DNA of 63,931 nucleotides, counting the filler, from Hausera hauseri (Eukaryota): assembly GCA_046269625.1 (NCBI GenBank). It is 12 parts of 12 records of this genome, joined end to end, with 100 filler letters (N's around TTAATTAATTAA, not from the genome) between each part and the next. Parts side by side here need not be neighbours in the genome. Positions count along the whole stretch, not along the records: positions 45,695 to 49,858 come from JBJURY010726547.1; positions 49,959 to 54,196 come from JBJURY010683105.1; positions 54,297 to 59,748 come from JBJURY010252292.1; positions 59,849 to 63,931 come from JBJURY010771982.1; 8 more parts are not named here. One strand, written 5' to 3'. The stretch's first letter is position 1, and each line of letters starts with the position of its first letter. Shown piece by piece: positions 48,217-60,527 of this stretch. Both the position numbers and the translations under genes were made by a program. The notes beneath the pieces are model-generated. The model was given only the letters and a program-made list of their open reading frames with translations, did not search any database and was not told the origin of the DNA.

Positions 48217-49211
48217 ATATAATACATAATATTTTAGAAACAGCAACAACAACAACATTGAAAGAAAACTTGACACAGGAAGTCATAGCCGCAGCGCAAG
48301 CAACTGGTAATTTAAATTTTATTTTACAAATGAACTTGAAGGTACATTTAGATACTGCAGTGGACTTGGATATAATTCGAGAAGATTTGGAAGTCAGCGA
48401 TGATGATTTCTTATCGGATATATCATCAGTGCAAAGAACAGAAGAAAAGGAAATTGTAATGAAGAAGCCATCAGTTGTTTGTGAGGCACGGATAACAAAA
48501 GAAAGGCGGCAAGTTTTGCAGAAGGCGTGCGAAGCAGCGAATAATTCTATGGAAAAACAAGAAGTGAGAAATAAGTTAATTGAGAAGTGGAATAAGGAGT
48601 ACCATCGAAGGCGCAAGGCACCAGTTAGTTTGAAAATGAAGGAAGTGCCGATGGATTGTGTCAGTGACCCGAAGCTTAGTGTAAACCTGAATAAGCGGTT
48701 TGAAATTAAGCCAAAGGTGAAAGAAACAACAGATTCGGCAAAAATGGTTCAGATGAAAGAACATAATAGGCGGTTGGAAGCAGAATTGAAGAAGGTGAAG
48801 TTGCAGAACACGCATTTCCAGAGTAGGCTTGAAGAGCAAGCAAAAGAAATTTATAGGTATATCAAAATGTTAAACAAGGTGAAGAAGAATGTGGAGACGC
48901 AGACGAATGTTGAGGTAAAGGGGAAGGTTGTTGGTTCATGTTTTAGTATTGCCAAGCTGGTGGAGGGAAAGCGAAAGGATTTAGGAATGCAAACTGAAAA
49001 GGTGAATGAAGAAGATAGGCGTTGTATGATGAGAAAGTGTGGTATACAAACGGAGAAGGTAGATATGGTTGGAATGTCTACACAAACCAGTCTTTGCAGT
49101 TGTGAAAAGGGGGTGCAAACGGATGATGATGAAGGAAAGAAGAATGATGGCAAGATGACGACTGTGTACAACAATTGTCGCATTGTACACAAGAATTATT
49201 ATTATAAATAG
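48204..49211 (+). CDS. Coiled-coil protein with five TQT/xQT (LC8 dynein light chain-type) motifs, Polinton accessory gene
   Basis: Coiled coil KEHNRRLEAELKKVKLQNTHFQSRLEEQAKEI, followed by KNVETQT, DLGMQTE, KCGIQTE, GMSTQTS, EKGVQTD. Confidence 0.75.
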   Translation: MSILNIIHNILETATTTTLKENLTQEVIAAAQATGNLNFILQMNLKVHLDTAVDLDIIREDLEVSDDDFLSDISSVQRTEEKEIVMKKPSVVCEARITKERRQVLQKACEAANNSMEKQEVRNKLIEKWNKEYHRRRKAPVSLKMKEVPMDCVSDPKLSVNLNKRFEIKPKVKETTDSAKMVQMKEHNRRLEAELKKVKLQNTHFQSRLEEQAKEIYRYIKMLNKVKKNVETQTNVEVKGKVVGSCFSIAKLVEGKRKDLGMQTEKVNEEDRRCMMRKCGIQTEKVDMVGMSTQTSLCSCEKGVQTDDDEGKKNDGKMTTVYNNCRIVHKNYYYK

Positions 49212-51024
49212 ATGTGTATATTTTTATTTCTTTGTAAATAGATGTGTTTATTTTTAGTTCTTTGTAAATAAATGGTATGTTTTCGTCTTCAGTGTTTTGT
49301 TTTCGTGAATGTAATGAAATTTTGTGATATATAACGTATAAATATGAGATTAATGTAACAGAAATAATGTAAAGGAATATAAGTGTATTTAATTCAAGTA
49401 AATAAGTAATAGATTAATTTGTTTTAAATAATATTTGTTATTGTTTAAATAATATTTGTTAACGTATAAATAATGTTGATAAAATTGAAGAAGATGGGTA
49501 TAAAATATATGTTTAATTCGCACAATATAATAAAGCATATAGAAATATAAGAAGGTTAAAATTGTTTTAAGTTATCATAATCTTATAGCATCGTTTAGGA
49601 GGGAAATTTTAAAAAGTTTAACAATAAGTAGGTACAAATTAGAAGGTGTACGTTTGAAAGGAAGAGGTATATAATGAAATTTGTGTGCCTGTGTGTATGG
49701 GTTTTATATTATATACTACTGTTGTATTAGTAAGTATAATAGGGAATGGAAATTTTTCAATGAAAAATTTATGTAGAAAAATTTTTTCATAAAATGAGCG
49801 GATATAACTGAAATGAATTTTTTAATAAAATGACAATTTTGGAAAATTTTTCGAAAATNNNNNNNNNNNNNNNNNNNNNNNNNNNNNNNNNNNNNNNNNN
49901 NNTTAATTAATTAANNNNNNNNNNNNNNNNNNNNNNNNNNNNNNNNNNNNNNNNNNNNTGTTATTATTCACTTTTCAGATATTCGACAATCAGGATTTAG
50001 CAATCATAAGGAATCACGGTAAGTGCTTTTTATTTTACAAGCTCACATTTATTTGCAGACAGGAAATGGGAGTAAGTACTTTTCTTTTTTTTTATTTACA
50101 CTACTTAATTGTCAGTTCATTCAGGTTGTGTTCATATCGATCAATACCTCGTATTGTATAGGTCATTAATTTGGTTATTTGATTATATTTTGTTTTCTTG
50201 CTTGTTCATTAGTTATTAATTAACATTTTATTGATAATATTGATAGCGTAGTCGATATATAAAACATTTATTAATACATATTGTAATAGGACCTTTTAAT
50301 TAAGATTAAAAGTCAGGTTCCCCTATTTTCTTACGGTCATAAAAACCTTGAATTTAAATTGTCATAATTAAGGGTACGACACTAGTGTTCCTCCTAGTGT
50401 TCGACCTCACTAAGATCAAATAGCTCAACAGGCAATCCCCACAGGCTGCCCGTGGGAATAAGTAAATTCCTTTGGCTTGGTAGAAGAAGAAATCCCAAGT
50501 CACATATTCGAATTTGAGTAAGTATAAGTTTGAGGTTGAGAAACCCAAACCTTTTCTAAACTTTTTAAACTTATCAATATAAAACACAACAAACTCCGCT
50601 AGTACAAAATTTATAAATAAACATTTTAGAAATAAAACTATATATTTTTGTTAAATATTTTTGTATCACTTTCAATGGATTATATTTAATTTTTAGACTA
50701 AAATGACAACAAATGAAATCGCCAAGATATTAGCCATAAAAGAAAAATTGACATACTAAAATTGATAGATAAAGAGACAAACTTGAAATATCAAAAAATT
50801 TGGAACTTCTCGTTCCACATGAAGTTTATTGATTTCTAAAAGGCAGAAAATTAATATTCGAGACAAAAATACGGATTCTCGAGTTATATGAGTTTAATAA
50901 AATTGCTTAAAAATCACTGCCAATGATGATTAGTTATAAACAAATTAAATGACCGTGAAGCAAAAAAGCAACACATCAGACCAATTTTATATCAAAATTT
51001 GTTCTGTAAATAAANNNNNNNNNN

Positions 51025-52930
51025 CAATTGACGCATTTGAAGTATAACAGTTGCTCTCATGAAGGTCTCATGAGATACAGTATATAAAATCTGTTGCTTT
51101 GTTAGTAATATCAGAGGCCTTAACAAATTATAGAAAACTATAAGGACAAAAAATTGTCTTCGAATTTCACGCAAAAATACCTGGAATGACCAATGTGCGT
51201 CAATTGACTCAAGCAGCCGGACAACATAATCATTACATATATTAATGCTCTATGCCATATCAGTTTCTATCTAAAAATATTTTGCGGAAACTATCAAACA
51301 TAGTTCAGAACTAAGACATCTATTTTTACTTGGTACAAATGTTTGCCAGATACTTTCCGCAGACTGAACGCATGTATTTGTCACATCTGGTAATTGTGTG
51401 GTTTGCGTAACAGTTTGTTTTGATCCCGCAGTTTACGCATTTTGACAGTTTCTCATCAGGTATCTGTGTATCTGCCGAGGTGTTTCTTGCCTGCCTTAGC
51501 TCCTGAGACAGCTGGTATAAGAAATGCCTTCTTGAGATAGAACTGCTCGTCTTCTTTTTGAATATCATCCATGCATTTATTGATGCCAAATCCAGAATAT
51601 TGCAGAAAATGGACAATTCAATCGTCAACAAGCAGCCTTTGTAGACATATGTCGGCACATGGAGTCCAACATATCAACACCACACTTGTTTTTATTATAG
51701 TATAGAATACTTTCAGTCTTCATTTTTCCCTCAGACTGACAAACCGCTCCTTTATGAAGTGTGGACAGAACTGCGACTGACATATGTTGCTTTGTCTGAT
51801 ATCGAACAAGATTCATTGATCTACTAGCATAGAAAGTCGTCTCGTGCAGTCTCAACTTAGTTTAAGGTGGCAATTCTCTGCGATTGAACCGTATGTTGAA
51901 ACCTAAGGAAGTACGTTTTGCAAGCAGTTTCTAATCCAGATCACGACTGGTGAAAAATTATTGAGAGCAATGTTGTAGCTGCGGTTCATATATGGTTCTG
52001 TCAGGGATATAGCCGCATGTATTCCCATACTACCGACTCTGTCGTCATATTTTGTGGTGTATAGCTTGTTTTTCAGACAGTATTTTGAATTCAGTTAAGC
52101 GAGTACCCTAAACTTGATACCAAATTTATCAGGTTTATTTGACACGTACTGCGTGAACTAGCATGTAACCTTCGTTGCTGCTCGTCTACAGTAAGTGATT
52201 CCTGTGGTACGTAGCTTTTATGACTATTTTCGACAAAGCGTGACAACACCCATGTCATAAGACAAATTTATCATTATTTCAGCATAACGATTTCTAGACA
52301 TAATATCTCGAACTGCTGCATATTCCTAGGTTTCAGACCATAACATAATCATGGGAAAGTTTTAGGCATCCATTAAACTTCTTAGATCAGTAGTCCGATG
52401 AACGCCTCTAATTCCTCTTCTGTTACTTCCCATAATGGGCCTGACATCCGGACAAATTCAACTGTGCACCGCTGAAAATGACGTAGAAACCCAATATCAA
52501 TTATGAGCTTTCAATTTGCGTCTCTAAATTACAACAATGTGTCACGCCACCTTTTGCAGTAAAGACGTTCTGTGATTGCAATCGACCACATGCTTCACGC
52601 TCTGATTTCAGATTGTCATTATCCGTTCGGAATTTATACCCAAGCAATTGTCTAAAATGCTTCTGTGATGGTAAAGGTGTATCGAAATTTGTAATGGAGT
52701 AGTTCATGGCAACTGGAATTTCATTACAGATGTGAGGTGCATTAATGTAATGACTTTGTTTGTTTTTATTTCAATATTTTCGTCGATTTTTGGTATTTAC
52801 AAGATACAAATTCAGTCTGATAAAAGTTAAGTAACCGTTGGATGAATGTTGATTGTTTCTACAGATCATCATCATCTGACTCATAACTGAAGAGTCAGAT
52901 GAATACAACCACAATTTCTAAATTTCTGTG
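51025..52930 (-). mobile_element. Second piggyBac (PGBD4-like) relic, heavily decayed
   Basis: QYVSNKPDKFGIKF, YYNKNKCGVDMLD, NILDLASINAW, ISRRHFLYQLSQEL, Cys-rich tail. Acidic N-terminus near 52870; subterminal gcgtcaattgac motifs at 51025 and 51198. Confidence 0.85.
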
Positions 52931-54296
52931 ATTTCCTTGTGTGGCTTCTAATCTATTATATAACTTCCCAAGAGATAACAGTAATTCGATGAGTGGTAAT
53001 TGACAATTTGATTGTGGCAATGATATAATTAGTGAAATTTATTCCAGTTTGATTATAATCAAACAATAATTAACTATTCTGTTAGGACAGTTTTAGCGGA
53101 TAAAAATTTAGTAAATTTCAACAGTACAAAAAAGCGGCTATTTTATTAATTAATACTTAATTAATTTAATTTAAACCTGCACTGTTTTCTCTGCTATATA
53201 TCATTCTGGTTTGCCCACCTTGTCCTTTAATATTAAGATTCAATCTTGATCAACGGTGTTTCGTATGATATCTTGATGAGTTCTTTTCCGAATGTGGTGG
53301 CTTTGGTCAAACTTGCACGAGGAGAATATTCTGTAACACCGAATAATTTTCAATAATTTTCTGTTAAGCTTCTCTTAATTTTGTGTTGGTAAATCCTCTG
53401 TAGGAAATTTATACTTTCTCGATAGAATTAATTTGCGGAAAATTTTCGTTTCGTAAGAATGATAGTGGAAATATTGCTTTCAAATTTCGTTATGACACTA
53501 ACGGTTGCTATTGAATAGTAATAATTGTCGTAAAATCAACTGAGAACACTTACGACAATCGTTGCAGCAACTGTCTAGAATCTTGTTCAACTTCTTTAAG
53601 AAAAAATAAAATCGTAGTAATTATGGGGATTTCTAGTTCTGTTAATGGTTTATATACCGTTTCTGAATACAATTATCAAATTTGAATTATCAAAATCAGA
53701 CTGTAATTATTTGAAACCTGACTACTGCCTACGGTTGAATTTTCAAAATTACTCAGTTTTAATAATTGTCGTTCGGAATTCCATAGTAGGGTCTATCTGT
53801 ATTTTCAAAATTGCCCGTAATTATCGATCGTGGCAATTTCGTTTTTTCATTGCAAGTTCGGGCAGACTACGTAGTTTAAATTCAAAATTGAGCAATTGTT
53901 CGAATTGATAATTGCGTTTTGGATTTATAGATTTCCTGTAATTGGTGTCTTGGGAAACCCGTTGGGTACGGGAATTAATTAACTGAAATTTTGAATATAT
54001 TTCAAATCTAATATATAAACATATTTTTTGATATTTTTTACAGTACAGAAATTCTTATTTTTGCTGTTTTTCACAATATGCATACTCTTGGAGCAATACT
54101 AGATAAGGTTCAATACAATAATACCTTGCATTTTCGGAAAGGACAATAAAGTAGAATTACTTCTCCGCTATCTCGCGACAAAATGTTCTAGATGAANNNN
54201 NNNNNNNNNNNNNNNNNNNNNNNNNNNNNNNNNNNNNNNNTTAATTAATTAANNNNNNNNNNNNNNNNNNNNNNNNNNNNNNNNNNNNNNNNNNNN

Positions 54297-56152
54297 AACA
54301 TATATCGTTCTGCTCTGGGAAGTATTTGTTCCTCATGAGTTTCGACGTAAGGGTAATATTCTTCTTCTTTAATGTTCGATAGCCATTTTTCGTCACCATA
54401 AATTTCAAGATCGTAATCCAAGTTGGTCAGAGGAATTTCGAATTGTCTGGTGTAATTAAGTGTTGGTTCATGACGGAATAAGTTTCTTCTTCCATGTCTA
54501 CGCTTGTATATACATATAGCAATAATCACTGCTATAACAAGTATAATATTAGTGGGTAACACGATTACCATTAGCAAGAGTTTATGGTAATTTGATTGTA
54601 GTCCCTGTAATGGCTCAACTAATGGTAACATGGTTTTTAATGTTTCGTTGTTCTTAGAAAAGTCTGTGGATATTTTAAAAACAAATCTTCCTCTCTTCAT
54701 TATTTCATTGAGTGTGGGGAATTTGAATAATAAATTTACTCCCTTTTTGAGTGTAGTGACTTCGAATAAGGCAACTGTTTTCAATCTTCGTAGTGGATCA
54801 TAATAAGGCAACTGATGATGGGCTAGATAAGGATAGCCTGATATTAATTGGGCGCACTCGACGTGTGTGCTGGTAATTAAGAAACAGGCGTCATTTGTAT
54901 TTTCCAATGTGACTATAAAATCAGGATCTGGCAGACTGAATATTACACGATCAGGTCTTACTTGTACATAAATTTCCAATGGTTTAAAGAAAATAAACTG
55001 GATGCGTTCTGGTGCTTGCCTTATTCCTGCTATTAGGTATGGAATCTGATTATGAACTGAGTAATGAAAACTGCTTAACCAAAAGGTATTTGGACAGGAT
55101 GATTGGAGCTGCAGCGTGAGAAGTATCTGTCGATTATTTCGTTTCGTGCACGATATTGGAGGTCGGGGGCTTGTGACCTCTATGTTATAAAGCTCGTCAG
55201 TATATTGTTTTGCGGTGCATGAGAGAGCATAACTAACTTTACTAATTCGTAGTGCTACTACTAGGATTCCTTTATCATTGAATATCTTTGCTCCAATACG
55301 TTTATTATCTTCGATTGAAGGCGCACACGGTATCATTGGTGCTTTTCTTTCTCTTCCAGTTACCGTACGTCGCCATATAGCATTTACAAGGCGAAACATA
55401 GCGAAGATCAATAAATATTCTTGGTCAGGTCGTGTATATATGCAAGTTGATCGATTATGTTCTCGGAAATAGTAAACATCATTTTGTCCAAAAGTTGTAT
55501 CAGCATATCGTGTAGTTATTTGCATTATTCTTCCTTTTGGAATCTTTCTATCCCATTCAATTGGTAAGCATGGCTTTTTATAATCGGGTTGGCCTATAAA
55601 TACTCTATCTTCTAGGAATAATGTGTCGATTTTGGTTAACTCTTTCTGTTCGGGTGAATTGTCCGTTAGAGATAACATAACGGTTTTTGGTTTTAGTGGT
55701 ATCGTTATTTTGAATGTTCGATCTTCATAGAGAGGTGAATTTTTATCCTCTGACATATGAATTTGCACCGAATAAATAGTTCCAGGCATAACTTTACAAC
55801 AATTTTCCCCATAGAAAGACGTAGTCGTACATAGCATTTTTTCTTCTCTATATAATATTAACGTTCCCCAGTTTTCGTTCATTGTTTTATTACTATTTAT
55901 CCCAATTCGTGGATTGAGGAATCTCAGGGATAAGCAGTTTCTTGTGTGATTATATTGAATGTACAGATCTCCTGGAGTAATACCTTGTATATCCCACGGT
56001 TCTATTTTTGGGATTCTCTTCAATTATTTCATGAAATCCGAAAACGTATTCGATGATACATTTGTTGTTTTCATTGAGTTTACTGTTGGATTTGTAAATG
56101 AATCTGGTATGCAACAGACCAATATACCCATTGGTAATAACATTCTGCGGGG
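54297..56152 (-). CDS. Module 2: signal-like PRRMLLPMGILVCCIPDSFT, paralogous ectodomain with an extra domain, TM, Tyr-rich tail; one stop at 56024
   Basis: YNHTRNCL..CCKV.PG.IYS, YALSCTAK..YNIE..NRQILLTLQ..CPNTFW and PERIQFIFFKPL match module 1. TM LLLMVIVLPTNIILVIAVIIAICIY + KRR. Confidence 0.75.
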
Positions 56153-58027
56153 TTATGATTCGTGTTTAATCCGTGATAGTTGGGTCTGGACAGGTCTTTT
56201 AGTTTTTCGGTGGCTTTTAACGTATAATAATACTACCCACACTAATATAAAAATAAGAACAACAATAGGTGCAACTATTATTAGTAACAAATGTCTATCA
56301 TCTTGTTTTGTTGTCTTACTGAATGTTTGGTTCTTCACTATTGTCTTATTTTCGTCTGGTATTACTTGCCGTTCCATATGGGCATCAAATCGTTTACCGG
56401 GCGTAGTTATATGACACAATGCTATCGTTTTTTGTTGGTATATTATTTGTATAATGTAAAGACATTGGGGTTTCAGACTGTCACAACTAATAAATGTATC
56501 TTTAAATAGTGAACATTTAACCGTATCATCATCAAATGATATCATATAATTGTTATTAGGGAAGTTAAACATGGCATTTCTGTCATTTACTTGATAGGAA
56601 ATATTCAAAGGAGTAAATCGAATCGTTTGAATATGTTCAGGAAGTTGTAGACCGTCATAAGATGCATGTAATGGTGAATTGAATGTATTAAAATAAGTTG
56701 TACTGCTCCAAAACATATTGAGACACGGAGACAGCATTTGCAAGGTCATCAATATTTGTCTGTCATTACCTGACACACAGATTCCCGAAGGTTCCATACT
56801 GGAATATTCTATATTATAATCCCCATCATTTGTCAATTTTGCTGTGCATGTTATTGTATACGTGACATTTTTTGTTCTAGGGGTGATTCTCATAATTCCA
56901 TTGGAATTGTCTACATCTGCATTTATTGGTCGATCATATTCGGGTGTTAAACGACATTCATCGTTATTTTCTTTAATGGGTTTGTCCGCTTTTACTCTTG
57001 TTATAATTGGTTTGATAGTTGTTGTTCCTGTAGGTATCGTAATAAAGATAGTTTGTTGGAAGGTGATATTGTGGCCAAATCCATTTGTTCGCATAGTGAT
57101 TTGATATAATTGAAAGGTAAGGGAATAAGTGTATCCTTGAGTAACCAAACAACATTTATTATCCTTTAATTCCGAATGCACGACAGAGATAGGCCTATTT
57201 TCTTCAAACATTGTTATTGCTTCTCTTTCTTGACCACTCAACCCTCTTACATGAGTTATCATTAAGCATTTTCTCTTGGAATTATAATAAATTGAAAAAA
57301 CCTTAAAAACAAATCGACTATTATTATCTAAATCCAAACGTGCATTTTCTAATAATTTTGAATAATCTTGATATACAGTATGCAGTTCCCGCCCTTGGTC
57401 GGAATTTGAGATCAGGGTTTGATTCAGATAAGGTGTAGTGGTTGTTCGTGCCAAAACATTGGTCATGCATAACGCTAATATACATGAGAACAAAGTAATT
57501 CTTCCAAACTGCGGTTGTACATTCTGGTATTGTTGATTTACCGAATCACTTTCTTCATCTTGTTGGTTGTTCGATTTAAAGATGTTCTTGCTCGCGATAG
57601 GTTCCTTACTTGCTGTAGAGTTTATATTCAGGCTATTTTTATCGAGCTGAACCTCTATCGCAAGATTCGAGTTATTCAATTCATTGTGATTTACGTCGGT
57701 GGTAGAGTTCTCTTCTTCTTCTAATACTGGTTTTAAACTAACTTTATTCTCTTTGGTAAGTTTTGGGAGGAGTTCAATTAATTTGTCGATATTCTCTTCC
57801 ATTCTATTCCAAGCTTTCTTATTTCTGGTAGGTCCTCTGAATTTCTTTTTCTTTCTTAAATAATGCTTTATATTAATCGTATGCATCGCCATTTCTATCA
57901 AGTACCATTGGTAAGGCAATTTTGTCGACAATGCTGCTCTTTGCGGTATTTTAGCCAAATATTTTATCATACGTGCCTCATCTCCCGATAATAAATCTAC
58001 TTGGGTTAGTCCTAGATAAGCCATCAC
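56153..58027 (-). CDS. Module 1: internal signal (FGRITLFSCILALCMTNVLA), Cys-containing FN3-like ectodomain, TM (LLLIIVAPIVVLIFILVWVVLLYV)
   Basis: Hydrophobic segments, several N-x-S/T sequons, paralogy to module 2. Confidence 0.75.
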   Translation of the reverse strand: MMAYLGLTQVDLLSGDEARMIKYLAKIPQRAALSTKLPYQWYLIEMAMHTINIKHYLRKKKKFRGPTRNKKAWNRMEENIDKLIELLPKLTKENKVSLKPVLEEEENSTTDVNHNELNNSNLAIEVQLDKNSLNINSTASKEPIASKNIFKSNNQQDEESDSVNQQYQNVQPQFGRITLFSCILALCMTNVLARTTTTPYLNQTLISNSDQGRELHTVYQDYSKLLENARLDLDNNSRFVFKVFSIYYNSKRKCLMITHVRGLSGQEREAITMFEENRPISVVHSELKDNKCCLVTQGYTYSLTFQLYQITMRTNGFGHNITFQQTIFITIPTGTTTIKPIITRVKADKPIKENNDECRLTPEYDRPINADVDNSNGIMRITPRTKNVTYTITCTAKLTNDGDYNIEYSSMEPSGICVSGNDRQILMTLQMLSPCLNMFWSSTTYFNTFNSPLHASYDGLQLPEHIQTIRFTPLNISYQVNDRNAMFNFPNNNYMISFDDDTVKCSLFKDTFISCDSLKPQCLYIIQIIYQQKTIALCHITTPGKRFDAHMERQVIPDENKTIVKNQTFSKTTKQDDRHLLLIIVAPIVVLIFILVWVVLLYVKSHRKTKRPVQTQLSRIKHES

Positions 58028-59944
58028 CCTATTAATCCATCTGGTGTCATAAACTACTTTACTATCTATCCCGTATTTTTGGGCAAGTAGATCTATTCTC
58101 TCATCGCGTAATTGTACTAAACGGTAGTAAATCTCCAGCGTGCTGGCTTGTGTTCAATTCTTATTTCCTTAGGTTGATCCTTATTTCTGTTGTAACTATA
58201 GAAAAGAATCTTTATCATGTATTGACGAACTTCTTCTGTATCTAAATCAGGTGTCAGTAAAAAATTATTGATATGGAAATAATCCACAACTCGTTGTAAC
58301 GTACTCTGTTGGTAATATTCATTAACACTATAAAAGGAAGTGACATATTGACTTTTAATCTATGCTACTACACTATGGGATATGTTGAGGTGGTCTGTTC
58401 CTAACTCCCACAACACTTGGTACACCCATCTATCCATTTCTGGAGTTGGTTCGGATAGGGCCTCTAGACCCTTGTATAATAGTCTAGCACAAATAAGTCT
58501 ACTGTGGGTTACCTTGCTTGCTGGTGTCAAAGTATCTAATAATTTAATCTTACAACACCTTAGATTTGGCGTATTAGGATTTTCTTCGGCACTGATTCCT
58601 CTGTTGACCAAGATATCTGAGTAATTATCGAAGCATCTTCTCATCATGTCGTAACACTCGAAATCAAAACACACGATTGGATTTCTTACTCTATATCTCT
58701 CCATGTCATAGAGATAGTTCAACATCGCCTGTCTTTCTCCGGTAATTTCAACATTCTCTTCCGCTATGCTATGAATGAATAATCTTTGCCATTCTCTTTT
58801 TATAGTTTGTTCCTTTTCCCATTCTTCAACGTTGGCATAATATACACTCCAGACAGAGTCGCATGTTTTATTAATTTCTTTTTGGGCTTTTTTCAACGTT
58901 ATCTGTTGTTAGGATTCAGTTCCTTCTGTTGGTTGATTAAATCCTTTATTAAAATCCCTAATTATGGTTTGAGTCATTCGCTTATATCTGGAACACCTCA
59001 AATAGCCTTGAAACTCTAGTTTGGTATTGTTAAATGCTTTAATACACAAATACATTTGTGCACATTGCTTTATAGTAGGCTTATGTATTTTTATTTGGTG
59101 TAATAGGCGAGTCGTCCAAATTTTATTTCTGTATTCTTCTTTACCATAGCCATATCTATGTGCTGAGGCCACGATTTTCTTATCATAATACTCCCGTATT
59201 CGTAATCTATAGACAGCTTCAGGGTATTGGCTTCTTTCATAAATTTCTTTTTCCATTTGTAAATGCGGCATATCACTATTCATCCTCGTTCGTGTATTAT
59301 AAAGGTATCTACTTTGTGCTCTTAATCATTCTCTATCAAGATGTACTATTCCTATCGCTAACTTGTCCATAAAGTATCCATCATACAATATTTCTACTTC
59401 ATGCCGAATTTCTTCCAGTAATTGTAAATTTGATTTTACTAATGTCTTATAATACTCTGTTCTTTCCATAATGTCAGTAACTGCTTCGATTAATTCTATC
59501 GTAAGGGGTTCGTCTTCTAGTCCGGCCTCCCATAATAACCAATCTATCCATATATTTCTCTTATATTCCTCAGTATTGTTCTCGATATTCTGAATTTTAT
59601 GAGTCCACAATCCATTAATTATATGATCGTTGCCGCAATCTTTTATTAATTCGTCAAGGATTTCTTTATCATGAATTGAAATTTTTAATCGTTTAGGCCT
59701 ATGTAGGGCTGTATTAAGTAACTGATATAGGGATATGTCCCATGTTATNNNNNNNNNNNNNNNNNNNNNNNNNNNNNNNNNNNNNNNNNNNNTTAATTAA
59801 TTAANNNNNNNNNNNNNNNNNNNNNNNNNNNNNNNNNNNNNNNNNNNNGCTGCCTGTATTTCATACCCAATACATTCTATCTATATAATTCCTATATCAC
59901 ATACATACTCCCCGTGTATTACCTGAATATTACACATGTTAGCT

Positions 59945-60330
59945 AAATATTACTTGTATTTTACACACATGCGCACATACATACATATCTGAGCTATACA
60001 TTTTCCAAAGTTAGTTGCATTTTACATACACCCACACAGGCAAACACACAGACATATATCTGAGCTCTACCTTTTCTCACGTTAGTTGCACTTTATATTC
60101 ACAGACGTGCACATGCACACCATATATCTTAATCATTCATTTCTCAAGTTACTCGCATTTACCCCCACCACCACTCCCCACACGCACACAAACAACTCAC
60201 AAGACATCTTAATTATTCATTTCTCGAGTTACTCGCATTTTACTCACACACAGACAAAACCCACACACGAGACATATATTTGAGCCAATTCATTTCCAAA
60301 GTTGATTACATTTTATATGCACACACACAC
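59945..60330. repeat. Degenerate CA-rich tandem repeats (about 60-70 bp), subterminal to lineage B pPolB; related to 41395-41460
   Basis: Recurring gcattt(t)ac...cacacagaca...catatat.tgagc / ttaat.attcatttctc.agttactcgcattt. Confidence 0.7.
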
Positions 60331-60527
60331 TATTAAAGTGTTTAGGGTTATGCCAAAGTTATATTGTTATGAAATAAATGTGTTATAAAATTATTTGGTC
60401 TTATCTTACATAGTAGTTATTTAGTTTTACTTGGCCTTATCCTATATCCCACATTACTTGATCAAGAAGATAACACGATAGCTCTATACAAGATTTATTA
60501 AACAAAGAATAACAATATGTACATATG

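Larger units (their letters stand above)
54297..59748 (-). pseudogene. Decayed polyprotein of about 1800 codons: N-terminal soluble region plus tandem type-I membrane glycoprotein modules; open at both contig ends
   Basis: ORFs 59326-59610, 58909-59283 and 58360-58896 share one frame separated only by single stops. One frameshift near 58150 leads to 56153-58027 and 54297-56023, which are again in one frame. Confidence 0.75.

Noticed and set aside
50438-50456. Hairpin cccacaggc-t-gcccgtggg as a Helitron 3' end
   Set aside because: No CTRR terminus at the expected distance on either strand.
53150-54196. Possible decayed coding region
   Set aside because: Too many stops and no motif I can assign.
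54297-59748. Alternative genetic code with stop reassignment explaining the in-frame stops
   Set aside because: All three stop types occur, only five in about 1800 codons, together with a frameshift. Ordinary decay is simpler.
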